DNA of 64,000 nucleotides from Selaginella moellendorffii. Lineage: Eukaryota > Plantae > Lycopodiophyta. The notes under the pieces were generated by a model. That model searched no databases and had not been told where the DNA came from. It saw only the letters and a program-made list of their open reading frames with translations. This document shows positions 34,501 through 47,371 of the stretch, piece after piece. The position numbers and the translations under genes are program-made. The DNA is taken from the NCBI RefSeq assembly GCF_000143415.4, contig NW_003314323.1, positions 1,058,499 to 1,122,498 of the forward strand, read 5' to 3'. Position 1 is the first letter of the stretch; each line of letters begins with the position of its first letter.

Positions 34501-37500
34501 AGAAGGTGCCATGCTAAAGTCGTGGGAAGGAGTTTCCGGGAAGAAAACAACTTTGACATAAAGTTGTGCGTGAATTCTATGGTGCAGTGCTAATGGATAA
34601 TTGGCATAAGAGACAACCATATTGGTCTTGGCAAAAAGATCTAGACACCAGTAAGAAGTGTCATAAAGGTAAGCCCGTGGAGCCGATGGTGTGGAGACAC
34701 CGAATGTGCCAAGGTGTGCTGCCTTGAGGTCAAGTTGGTGGGTTTATGAGAACCCATTCTAAAGGAATCCCAATGGAAATGGGAATAACATAGCCTATGC
34801 TAGAAGGCATGCGGTTAGAGTGTGGTGACCCAGATAATGATGGAGGTGTGGAAGCACCAGCAATAAGTTGTAGGACTTAACAATTATGAGGCAACTAAGC
34901 AAAAGGTGCAAAATAAGTCGTTAAATTGGTAAAAGGCAACTACCTAAGACTTCTTATTGGAATAAGGAAGTTAGATATACCCTTATGGGGGATAAATTGT
35001 TTATGTTGCGATATAGTAAGTCAATGTCGAAAGGGGAATGCCCATTGTCAAAGAGACCATTATTGAGACACCCAAACACTCTAGAACACCAGAAGGTGGT
35101 GTTTGGTGGCATGAGGGCAATGGATAATGCCCAAGGGACAAAATCCTTAATGAATGATGGATAGAAGGTGCGATCCAAATGTCCAAGATTGCGGAGACGA
35201 GAGAAGTCCGTTTACCCAAATTGGACAAAGCCAAAAAGGGGATTTTGGCAAGGCTAATGATGGGCATATGAAGGCCCATAAGTAGCAACGGTAATCCCAG
35301 TGTGTGGGATTACGAGGTGAGCAAACCTGGATTGAGGAATCACTCTTTAGGTTGTCGGGTAGGTTCATCCCTATGAATACTTGCCAAGGCATGGTAGAAA
35401 GTGCAAAGCTATCTTCCTAGTCTAGAGGAGAATAACCGAAGGAAATGTATGGGGCCAAAAAGGCAAGTAGTAAAGGGATAGAACTGAACCATAGAAATTG
35501 ACAGGCATGACCAAGGGTGGTTATTGAAGTTGGGAGTGGAGAATCAAGTGGGTGCTCAAGCATGTTGTTACTAGCGACCGGGATGCCATGGAGAGTCTAA
35601 AACATGGGATTGTCCATGCTAAACTATATGGTAATTGGAAAGCTTGCAAATGGAGAGACCTTAGCAAGCTAAGGAATAGAGTTCCTTGAACGTTCCCCTA
35701 GGTAGATAAGTACCTAGACATCCAAGTGTAAATGGTTTATAGAGTGCGCGAAATTAGAGTGGCGCAGCAGAAGCATGGTCTTGAAGCTTGCAAAGAGGCA
35801 AAACTATCAAGATTAGGGAAGTAGTTCCCGAGTGTTTAAAAAGAGGGCTTTGAACGAAAATCGATGGTTAAGGACTTTTACACTTATGCATGAACCATGT
35901 TACAGTGGTCAGATGACTTGTTAAGGGAGATTGGCAAGTCAGAGGAACGAATACCCTAGTTGAAGGAGCAAACTTCAAAGGGGTGGCCCATGGGGCCAAA
36001 CATGGAGGAGTCCATGCATGATCACAGACTAGTCAAGTGAGAAAACTTGGTAGTGCGGAGGAACTAGGTTCCTAAGCGGTCTATAGCGCGTTTTAAGTAT
36101 AAATTGGTGCACCGGCATGATGAGTCACGCCAGGCATCCTGGGTGATGCCATTCGTAGATGCATATACGGAGGTTGGGTTCGAGTTCCGACCCTTTAGTG
36201 CTTAGGTTCGAGTCCCAAATCACTAGGGCGTGGTGATGGTTTGGAATATGAGGACACTCATTTTTCGGTGGTCATGGACTCTTAGTGAGGAGACTGGCTT
36301 GGGCACACCGCCAAGTGGGGGATGCTCCAGAGTTGTGATACACGGTTAGATTGCTTAGTGTGGCTCGGCATATCTAACTTGAACACTTTGGTGCGAGTGG
36401 CACCAAGGACGTGGTGAATGAGATGGGGACACCCAGTCTCAGTTGCTATGGACCTTTGGCCGGAAGGGCTAGCTTGGGCACACCGCCAAGTGTGGGGGAT
36501 GCCCCCAGGGTCATGGTCAACAAGTTAAAGGTTTGGGAGACCTAGTACCTATTGGCAAACCTGTTAAGGTGTTAAGATTAGATTACTAGGTGATTGTATG
36601 GCTAAACAAAAACGAGGTCCTTTTGAGGTTAAGGAACAAGGTTCCTAGTTCAAAGCGTTGATTTGAATTGTTGATAATGGTGTGGTTTGGTCAAGGTGAC
36701 CAAGTGGGAAGGACACCTAAGGGAAATGAACTATGACGATACAATGGTATTGTGAGTTCAAGAAAGTAGTCTCTAGAAAGGACCTATGGGAGGGTCACAA
36801 TGTTGGGCTGTGGAAGGGGCCCATAGCAGAAGTTGCTAAAGAGACTTACTAGGGGTGAGCACCCTCTGGACTTGGCGAAGTGGATCTTTGCCATGGAACC
36901 AAAAGAATACCTCAAAGAGGGAGGTAGTGATCCTTTGTTGCTTGATGCAACAATCAATGGATAGGGACAAAAGACTAGTGGCCAAGTTTAGGCTATGGAA
37001 TTTAATGGGAGGAATCCAAATGGCAAAGTTAGCCAAAGAACACTAATGTGTTTGATGCTAACGGATTGCGGGAAAGGAAGTGGACTTCCAAGGTTAGATT
37101 CCCAAGTGCTCCAATTTGGCAAAGTAAAAGCTCCAAGTGAGGAGCGGCAAAGTAGCCAAAGGATAGGGTTGTGGATAGCCCTAGCACAAATAATGATAAT
37201 TGGAATGTAGTGCCAAGGGTGGCACAAAATAGAAAAGAGGATGATGGTGCCCTCAAGTAGAGAACTTCCTAGGATAGGGAAGTGAAGTTGCACAATATGT
37301 GCAATGCAAGGTATCAAAGACACCTAGGAAATTGACTTCAGAAAGTCAAAAGTAGACGTTCCAAAGTGCAAAGGTTATGTCGATAGAATCTGAGACTACT
37401 CGAGAATGAGTAATGGAATTGATAGAGACGATGTCTCTAATGGGTTTAATGAAAAGTAAACCAATAAAAGGGAGCAAACCACCCCAGGTAGCCGAATGAG

Positions 37501-38261
37501 TCTCTATGTTGGAGAGACTATGCTCCTTAGAGGATGGACAAGGCATGGTGAGCCTTCGGTGTCAAACCATAGACAAATATTAGCCGGGGGCCAAGGATGG
37601 AAACGGTAATACATGTGGGTGTTACTTTATAAAAGGGTTTACCATTCGATGGGGACATCGAACTTCATTTATGGGTGGTGGAGTTGTGAGACACAAAATC
37701 CCTAGGCCCCAAAGTGGAGCCGAAAGGGTGCCACGTGGTAGTGGCCGAAGCGAAAGCCAAACGAGCGTAACACATTTGGACTAAAAGCTCCGACTTGAAA
37801 AAGTCGAGAGTGGGAGTGGAACTCCCAATGAAGTGCTCGAGGAATGAGCACAAAGTGAGCAATAAGCAAGGCTCCAAAAAGGGACCCAAAAGGACCAACA
37901 CATGACACATGGAAGTGTCCGAGATGGACCCGAGTTGGAGTCCAAAGTGGAGTTCGAGAAGGACCTCGAGATGGAGTCCGAGGTGGAGTCCGAGATGGAT
38001 CTGAGATGGAGTCTGAGATGGACCCAAGATGGACCCGAGATGGAGTCCGAGATGGACTCGAGGTGGAGTCCAAGATGGACCCAAGATGGAATCCGAGATG
38101 GAGTCCGAGATGGACTCGAGATGGAGTCCGAGATGGAGTCCGAGATGGAGTCCGAGATGGACCCGAGATGGAGTCCGAAGTCGAGACCGAGACCGGGACC
38201 GAGACCGAGACTGGGACTGAGACCGAGACCGGGACCGAGACCGGGACCGAGACCGAGACCA

Positions 38262-38297
<36 letters not shown>

Positions 38298-39389
38298 GGA
38301 CGGAGACCGAGCCCGAGACCGAGACCGAGCTCGAGGCCGAGACCGAGACCGAGCCCGAGTCCGAGTCCGAGTCCAAGTCCGAGTCCGAGTCTGAGAGGGT
38401 GAAAGCCCAAAGCGTTTGTCTCCCAGACCCTGGGGGGTTTGGTGAGCTCCAAAAGTATAGTAGGGGGAGGACTGCAATGGAGCCAGTTTGGCCAGGAAAG
38501 GCCAGTTTGGCCTAGGAAGGCCGGACCCAGTGTTGGGTGATGAGCTGCCCACTGGGAAGTCCAAGACTAGAGTGAACACGGACCGACAAGCAGGGTAGTT
38601 TGGTGAAGTGTTCAAGAGCCGGCTCTAGTTCCCCCGAGAGATCGACTGGCCGATGCTCCCAGTCCAAGTGTGGGTGGCACTACCTACTTGGATACCAGGC
38701 GTGGCTCAACAAAACCTCGCTCTAAGCCTATGGCTAGAGCACCTAAAGGCGGAAGGCGGAGAGAGTACCCACGAGGCTTGTGTAAGGCCACGGTGTTCCG
38801 AAATGTTGTCCCAAAGGCCCAGACTGTGGAAAGGAAGAGGAGTAGTCCTCTGGTGTAGTGACCAAGGATACAGTCGTGCGGTGAGGAAGTCCCAAAGGAC
38901 CGTGGGACTTAGTGGTCAGGTCTGTGGGCCTTGATCCAGTGGCAGTGTTGGTGAACACGGCCAAGGACAGAAAAGGACTTGGTGGGGACAGGAAAGGAGA
39001 TATTGGGGAAGGCTATTCCCCATGTCTGTGGGTATCCTGAGGATGCTAAAGAGTGGATCTGGAATGATGACTCATGGACGGATAGCCCTGTCCTTGAAAG
39101 ACGGGACTATGATGCAGGTGGTGTTAGACCGCTAGTGTGACCAAGGTGAAGGGGCATGGCCTTAGTGTAACAGGCTGATATGCCGATGGTACCTTGGGGT
39201 GTCGGTCATGGGATCGGACACGTGGAGCACTTGGACCAAGTGCAAAGGTTGAGTGGTAGGGATGCCATTCTCGGGGCTAGCAAGCCCAAGTCCGAAATGG
39301 GACTTATGGAGGTTGTGAGTGAAACTCCTACAAGTGGTTGAAGGTGTGGTTAAGTGACTAAAATAGAATGGAAAATTTAGTTGCTTACA
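31589..39389 (+). mobile_element. Non-coding LTR retroelement family A, inner full-length copy (LARD-like), inserted antiparallel into its own family
   Basis: LTRs 31589-33652 and 37685-39389 (TG...CA). PBS TGGTATCGGAGC at 33656, PPT ATGGGTGGTGGAGT at 37671, TSD TTCCC at 31584-31588 and 39390-39394. The ~4-kb interior has no gag/pol motif that I could recognise. Confidence 0.92.
31820..32660 (+). repeat. Hexamer minisatellite arrays (GAGATG/GAGTCC/GACCCG, GAGACC) in the family A LTR, including an internal ~300-bp duplication
   Basis: Read directly. Related arrays of different length occur at 30760-30950, 37915-38395 and 56600-57005. Confidence 0.9.
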
Positions 39390-42300
39390 TTCCCCATTCT
39401 AGGAGGTTTTTTACTTGAGGGCACCATCATCCTCTCTTCGATATCAGGCTACGTTCCAATTATTATAATTTATGCTAGGGCTGCCCACGGCCCTATTATT
39501 TGGCAACCTTACCGCTCCCCCCTTTGGAGCATCCACTTTTGCCAAATTGGAGCGGTTGGGAATCCATCCTTGGGGAAATATTGCCTTTCCCACAATCCGT
39601 TAGCACTCAACACATTAGTGTTCTCACCTAACTTTGCCATTTGGATTCTTTCCTATGATTCCCATGGCTCTTTTCTTAGCCATTAGTCTTTTGCTTCTAT
39701 CCTTGATTGTTGCACCTAGTAACATAGGATCGCTACCTCCATTTTCGAGGTTTCCTTTCAGTTCTATAGCAACACTTTACTTTGCCAAGTTCAAAGGGTG
39801 TTCACCCCTAGTATGTCTCTTTAACATTTTTTGCTATGGGCTCTATCCATGGCCCAACTTTTGAGACCCTCCCTTGGATCTCTTGTAGAGACTACTTTTC
39901 TCGGAATTACTATGCCATCGCATTGACATACCTCATTTCCCTTAGGTGTTCTTCCCACTTAGTCACCTTGACCAAGCCACACCATCATCAATAGTTCAAA
40001 TCAACACTTTTGAACTAGGAACTTTATCCCTTAAACTCACAAAGACCTTGTCTTTGTTTTAGCCATAAAACCACCTAGTGATCTAACCTTGGCACCTTAA
40101 CAGGTTTGCTAATAGGTACTAAGTCTTCCAGACTTTTAAATTATTGACCATGACCCCAAGGGCATCCCCCACACTTGGCGGTGCACCCAAGCTAGCCCTT
40201 CTGGCTAAGGGTTCATAGCAACTGAGATTGGGTGTCCCCATTTCATTCACCACGTCCTTGGTGCCACTCGCACCAAAGTGTTCAAGTTAGATATGCCGAG
40301 CCACACTAAACAATCTAACCGTGCATCACGACTCTAAGGCATCCCTCACTTGGCGGTGTGCCCAAACCAGTCTCCTCACTAAGAGTCCATGACAACCGAA
40401 AAATGAGTGTCTTCATATTCCAAACTATTACCACACCCTAGTGAATTGGGACTCGAACCCAAGCACTAGAGGGTCGGGACTCGAACCCAACCTCCGTATA
40501 TGCATCTACGGATGGCATCATACATGATGCCTAGCGTGACTCCCCACGCCGGTGCACCATCATGTACTTAAAGCGTGCTATAGATCACAACTTAGGAACC
40601 TAGTTCCTCCACACTGTCAAGTCCTCTCACTTGACAAGTCTGTGATCATGCATGGGCTCCTCTATGCTCGGCCCCATGGGCCACCCCTTTTGAAGTTAGC
40701 ACCTTCAACTAGGGGATTTGTTCCCCTGACTTGCCAATCTCACTTAGCAAGTCATCCGGCTACTGTAACATGGTTCATGCATAAGTGTGAAAGTCCTTAA
40801 CCATCGACTTTCGTTCAAAGCCCTCTCTTTGAACACTTGGGAACTACTTCCCCAACCTTGATAGCCTCACCTCATGGCTAGCTTCAAGACCACGCTTTTG
40901 TTGTGCCACTCCGATTTTGTGCACTTTAGAAACCATTTAGACTTGGCTTTCTAGGTACTTATCTACCTAGATTTGTTTTTGGGAACCTTCAAGGAACTTT
41001 GTTCCTTAGCTTGCTAAGGCTTCTCCTTCGCAAGCTCTCTACTCCTCATATGGTCTAACATGGATAATTCCACATTTTAAACTCTCCATGGCATCGCAAT
41101 TGCTAGTAGCAACATCCTTGAGCACCCTCTTGATTCTCCACTCCCAACTTGCATAACCACTATTGGTTATGCTCTTCGATTTCTATAGTTTAGTTCCATC
41201 ATAATACTACTTGCCTTTTGGCCTCATATATTCCCTTTGGTTATTCTTCTCCAAATTAGAAGGATAGCTTTGCACCTTCTACTATGCCTTAGCAAATATT
41301 CATAGGGATGAACCTACCCAATAGCTTAGGGAGTGGTTCCTCAATCTGGGCATGCTCACTTTATAATCCCACACACCAGGATTAATGTTGTTACTTATGG
41401 GCCTCTATATGCCCATTACTAACCTTGCCAAAATCCCATTTTTGGCTTTGTTCAAATCAGGTAGACAGATTTTTCCCATCTCCAAAACCTTGGATAGCAC
41501 CTCCTATCCATCATTCGCTAGGGAATTAGTCCCTTAGGCCTTATTTAATGCCCTTGTGACTCCAAACACCACCTTTTGGGGTTCTAGAGTGTTTGGGTGT
41601 CCCAATGATGGCATCCCTGACAATGAACATTTCCTTTTATGACATTGATTTACTATATCGCAATATAAACAACTTATCCTCGATAAGGGTATATTTAACT
41701 TCTTTATGCCATTAAGAAGTCTTGGGTAGCTACCTTCTACTCGTTTAACCAATTACCTGCACCTCATGCTTAATTGCCTCATAGTTGTTAAGTTTTACAA
41801 CTCATTACTTGGTGTTTCCACACCTCCATCATTATCTGGGTTACTACACTCCAACCACATGCTTTCTAGCATAGGCTATACCATTCCCATTTCCATTAGG
41901 ACCCCCTTGGCAAGGGGTTCTCATGAACCCATCAACATAACCTCAAGGCATCACACCTTGGCCCATTTGATGTTTCCACATTATCGGCTTCATGTGTCTG
42001 CCTTTATGACACCTTGCACTTGTGTCTAGGTCTTTGCCAAGACCAACCCAGTCGTTTCTCATGCTAACTATCCGTTAGCACTACACCATAGTGTTCGCAC
42101 ACAATTTTACACAAAAGTTTGCTTTTTCTAGGAACACCTTTCCCAACACTTTAGCATGGCACGTTCTACCATCGATGAGATACCTTCTGTTTTCATCCTT
42201 GGATCCTATGATCCCCCCCCTATCATTCGTGGGGTACAATACACCTCAGTCCAAATGCTTCTATCAATCCTTCAGGATTTTTCCTTGACTCTATTTGAGT

Positions 42301-43212
42301 CCTCCAGCTTTTTGGACTTTGTCATCCGATGACCCATAAGGTCCCACTTTTGAGGTGCCAGCTCACTGAAATACAACTTCTTGTATTCAAGTCCTACTCA
42401 CAAGGACCATCTTTGCAAGTGTTACTCTAACACTTGATTTGTTCTCTTGGGGCAACCTTTTGCCCTTTAGGACCACTTGTTCATGTGATGAGAATACCAA
42501 CTCATCCTCTAAGTACACCCCCAACTCCTTGGGTTGTTCCAGCATTTATTAGAGGTAGCCCTGGCTACCATTTCAAAGACTTGTGTCCCCTTTCGTATTT
42601 GACCTTCCACGGTCATTAATTCTGGTCTCAAATTCATGAGCACCAGCCTCAACTACATGAGGGTAATCTTGTGACTCCATTATTGTCTTGGAGTTTGCAT
42701 CTTTCCCGTGATCTCAACTATAGTTATTTACCACAACTACATTAGCTTGCTTGCTGTGTCAAACGCTCATCTGGATCACATCCTCAACTCTCTGAGGAAA
42801 CCCTTATACTATTCCCAAGGTCCCAAAGTCGTTCCTTTACTGGCCCTTTTTCATCCACCACATCGTGCACAAGTTCACGCATGAACTCGAGTGGAGAGCC
42901 ATGTCCTCTTGACATGCTACTCCTCGAGGATAGGTCCATACTTAGGACTTTCCAATTCCAATACAAGTGGTGATATACTTGGCCACCAATAAGAGTCAGA
43001 CTAAGGAACAGCTCTGATACCAAATTATAAATGACTAATTTTTTCCATTCTACTTAAGTCACTTAACCACACCTCCAACCACTTGGAGGAGTCTCATTCG
43101 CAACCTCTATAAGTCCCTCTTAGGACTTGGGGCTTGCTAGCTGAAGAGGTGTGAAAACTCCTCTTCGCTGGAAATCTATTGTTAGTAAGAAAACAAAAGA
43201 GAAAAGGGCCCA

Positions 43213-45767
43213 GAAAAATTCCTAATCATTGTCTCCAGGTTTGTAGATTTTCTCTCCCAAATTTTTTCCTTGGATTGCTTCTGCCATAATTCTTAGCTGC
43301 TTGGCATTGCATCTTTGTAGATTGCTGTGATTCTTAGTTGCTTGGCATTGCGATTGTGTTATTGATGGCATGATTCTAAAATTTTGAATTTTTCAAAATT
43401 TTTTTAGGCACAGGGCGTGACCGATTGTGGATTGGAACAAGAGCAGGGTGTGGGATTTTAGAGGCTGAGCAATTGTGGATTGGAGCAGCAGCAGGGTGTG
43501 GGATTTTAGAGGTTGGACTAAGTGATTGTGGATTGGAGTAGAAGCAAGTGCAGGATTTTAGAGGTTGAGCTGAGTGATGGCATCTGGGAGCCAAAGCAGG
43601 AGGACTTCAACAGGGCGACATCCATCATCCGTTTGGTGGGAAGAAGTGATCCTTGGTGATCAAACAAACTGCCGTAGTGGGCATTGACGCTGGTCTTGCA
43701 AGTGGTGTTCGTTGAGAGACAAAGTTTCAGGTGTGGATCGTGTGAGGGGACATCTCACAGGGGAAGCTGGTCATGAAATCTTAAGTTGTGATGTCATCTC
43801 AGCAGAGAAGAGACAACAGCTTAGGGAGATAGCTAAAACCATCGACGACCAGGTTTTGGCTGGAAAACACCAAAGCAAGCAACAAGCAGTTTCTACACGT
43901 GTCGAAGGCATCCAAAGCACTGGAGGAGAGAGTTTTGTTGCTTCCCAGAGTTCTACACCAGGTGGCAATTCTGTAGAAGGAATTTCCAGGTTTTTTTTGC
44001 AACGACAGTAGGGAATCCGGGATTCTTTTGATCCAAAAAGGAAGGAAGCAGTGGATATGGCTATAGGACGATTTTTCTGGAACGAGCACATACCATTTGT
44101 GAAAGCTCGTTCTCACCATTTCAAGGAGATGGTGCAGCAGATTGCAAGGCATGGAATTCCCTACGATCTTCTAACAAAGACAGCATTGCGAGAGCAATTG
44201 TTGCAAGTGGAGAAAGCCAATCTTGAAGTTCAACTTGCCAAGGTGAAGGCACGTTGGAAGAATTGTGGGGTTACTCTTGTTGCTGATGCATGGAATGACA
44301 CAAGAAATCGACATGTCATGGGGCTTGTTGCATACAGCAGAGGATAGTCAACTTTTCTTGAGGCCATTGATATATCTTCTAATGGGAAGACGGCTGATAA
44401 CATTTTTGCGACATGGGAGCAAAGTATCGAGATTGTTGGAGAGGAGAATGTTGTTCTTATTGTCACGGATGGTGAGGCTTCAAACAAGGCTGTTGCTAGG
44501 CTTCTAGAGGCGAGGAAGCCAAGGATTATGTGGGCTCCGTGCTTAGCTCATTGTTTGAACAACATTCTCAAGGATTTCGCAAAACTACCATGGATGGTTG
44601 GGCTGCTAGACAAGGGAAAGACTCTGGTTGGCTTCCTCCAGAACCATTCGCATCTAGTAGCGATTTTGGCATCCTTCTCTTCACGACGAGTGTTGAAGTT
44701 CAGCGAAACACGATTCACCTTTAACTTTCTAATGATGGAGAGATTGGTGGAGCTGAGGCCAAAGCTACAACAAATGTTTGTGAGCGACGCTTACAATGCA
44801 AGGCTAGAGTCAAGGACAGATTCTGGGATAGCATGCTGAGGAATTGTGTTCAACAATACATACTGGAACGAGGTTAACCACATGCTGGGTGTTTCAAGGA
44901 GGGTGATGTATTTATTACGGATGGTTGACGGAGACGTGCCTATGATTGGGAAGGTCTACGAGGGGATGGATCAGATGAGCGAGAACATCTGTCAACAAGA
45001 GGAGAACAATCTTAGGTATGAGGAGCTAAACCAACTGATTTCAAACAGGTGGTGGGCTTATCATAGCACCTTTCACTCCATGGCATACATGCTTGATCCA
45101 GAGTTTCAAGGGCAAGGACAGGAAAATCCAGGGAAGTTTCCAAAGATTGGAACATGTACTTGGAGATCCAATTCCCTGACTATCAGCAAAGGTCAACTAT
45201 AAAAAATCAGCTTTGCCAATACAGGAACTTGGAGGGTATTTTTGGCACTGGGGACTCTCAGATGGATCATACAACAAAGGGTTCTGTGCAGTGGTGGGAG
45301 GACAATGGCTACTCAGGTCCAGATTTGCAGAGGTTGGCAATTCGAGTGCTTAGTCAGGCAAGTTCTTCCTCATCTGTGGAGCTATTGTTCAGCATTTTTG
45401 GGCACATCACTTCAAAAAAGAGGAATTGCTTAGCAATGAGCCGGATTGCAGACTTGGTATTTGTGGCCAGTAATACCAAGTTAATAGGGAGCCACACTTC
45501 CTATGACAAGTTTGTGGGATTGAGCCAGACAGGAAGTATTCCTCAAATTACTGATGCTGATATTGAAGCTATGGAAGAAGAGGATGAAGACAAAGATGAT
45601 GATCCTGCTAATAAGGAGCTTCTAGATGAGATGGAGTGATAAGTAGAATATTCTAGAGAATATTCGTGTTTTCACCCGTGTTTATCCGTGTTCATTTCCG
45701 TGTTCCGTGTTCGTGTTCAAAAAATTGAATGCCGTGTTCATGTTCGTGTTCGTGTTTTGAAGCTATG
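43213..45767 (+). mobile_element. hAT DNA transposon remnant with a disrupted transposase (~43600-45639)
   Basis: BED finger (WSCKWC..RVRGHL..C), DUF659 (GVTLVADAWND, VVLIVTDG, WAPCLAHCLN) and hATC dimerisation domain (WWEDNG..LAIRVLSQ.SSSS..E.LFS..KKRN). CGTGTT subterminal repeats end in ...GAAGCTATG. The left end is missing. Confidence 0.88.
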
Positions 45768-47330
45768 GTTTAAAGGCTCATAGAATTCCTTCTTGATCGC
45801 TCCCCGGGTGTATATGAAGGAGTCTTGCTTGAGAAGATGCTGTGCGATGTCGGCTGGTGTTGGGAAGTAGTTTGCTTGCTCTCGATGCATGCGTTGATTG
45901 AGGGCTTCAAACAACTTGCGGGTGCAGAAGCTTGGGTCTCGAAGTTTATCTTCATACTCCTTTCTGATCTCGTCATAATCATGGCGTACCTGACTCTGTG
46001 GCTGAGGCATGGCTTCTGCTCCTGCTCCTGCTTTGTGATCCTGGTGTTTCTCGCTAGGGTTCGCTGTGTTCTTGGTCCTGGGAGTTGAAGTTGCTGGAGG
46101 CTGAATCTGCTTCGTTGGATGTGGGTGACGTGGTCGGGCCAGATTCTTTGAGGTGGTTGGAGATGAGCTTTTCAGTTTGATGGTGGATGAACGGCCCAGA
46201 TGTGGCGCTGAAATTAATTTATCCGTTGGGAAATTTTTCGCTTGGAATCTTGTTGAAGGGGCGGAATTTTTGTGAATGCTGGTCGTGGTATTTGCTGGAG
46301 GAGGCATGGTTGCGTGTTCTTCAAATGATTGGCGAAGGTAGTCAATGTTTTCTTTTGTGGAACGTGTCGAGGAGGTTGGGGCGTTGAGAATGTTGTTCTC
46401 AGCTGGTGGAGAAATTGAGTTCTGGGTGATCAGCTGACGTTTTTCTTTGGCGATGTTGATGTGTTTGTGAGAAGTTGTCGGTTTTGGGGCTGATTCGGGT
46501 GGATGTGGATGCGGGATCTGGGGTGAGTGTGTATGGTGGTGTGAGTTGTCTTCCTTGTCGCTGATGACGAGGTGCTCTCAGATCAGCGGTTTGGGAGGTG
46601 GATTCGCTGGTGTTTTGTGTGTGAGGCGGCGGCGAAGTGGAGTTGAATTGTTGGAGTGTTTGTTGCTGGAGCTGGTGTTGTTGGAGTGAGTTGAACCTGA
46701 TTGCTGGGATGCTGGCTTCGGTTTCTTGTTGGGAGTTGCTCCTTTTGATTCTGAGTGTTCTTTGGAGCTGTCGCTTTTTTCTGTGGAGTTCGTTTGGGTT
46801 GTCCATGGTTGCTTGTTGGGAAGAGCTTGGTGTAGAGTGATCAGCAGTGGGAAGATTACTGTCCGCATGGTCTTCTTGTTGAGTGTGGCAAGGATGGCAT
46901 GGTCGAGAAGCTTGAGAAGGAGCTCGTGGAGATGATGAGCCACGTTCACACGTTTGCTGTCGAGTAGAGCTCCATAGACTTCTGTTGTGCACTTGCTGAT
47001 GGTGCGATCTGTTGGGTGAAGTTTGTAGTAGAGGAGGAGGGCTTTGAGGCGATCCATATACTGCTCCTCGATGTCCTCCCATGTGAGCTCACCGGTAATT
47101 TCTCGATTGGCCTTGATGATTTGCTGTGGAACTTCTCCTGAAAATTTGAGCAGTCCCTTGTTGGAGATTTTGAAAATAGAGGCGATTCTTGCTGGGCTGA
47201 GGGTGATCTCGTTGGTGCCGTTGGTTATGGTGCTGTTCTTGGTGTTGAAGGAGGCGGCCAGTTTCCTTGCTAGGTGGTTGTGTCATTGCTGGGAAGCTTA
47301 GGAATATGGTGTATGACGTATCTGAGGTGC
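45768..47330 (-). other. Additional frameshifted ORF(s) downstream of pol in gypsy family B
   Basis: ORFs 46578-47057 and 45738-46307 lie on the element's sense strand after the integrase stop. No recognised domain. Confidence 0.45.
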
Positions 47331-47371
47331 TGGGGTGGATGAGCTGGCATCTTTCTCTTCATTTTCTGTGG

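Noticed and set aside
36176-36216. tRNA gene
   Set aside because: Only the T-loop/B-box motif is present and I could not build a cloverleaf. It is kept as a finding and not as a feature.
30466-38615. Long RS-, GL-, PR- and ET-dipeptide ORFs resembling SR proteins (also at 56327-57176)
   Set aside because: They are translations of stop-free hexamer arrays inside LTRs, are open in several frames on both strands, and have no RRM domain.
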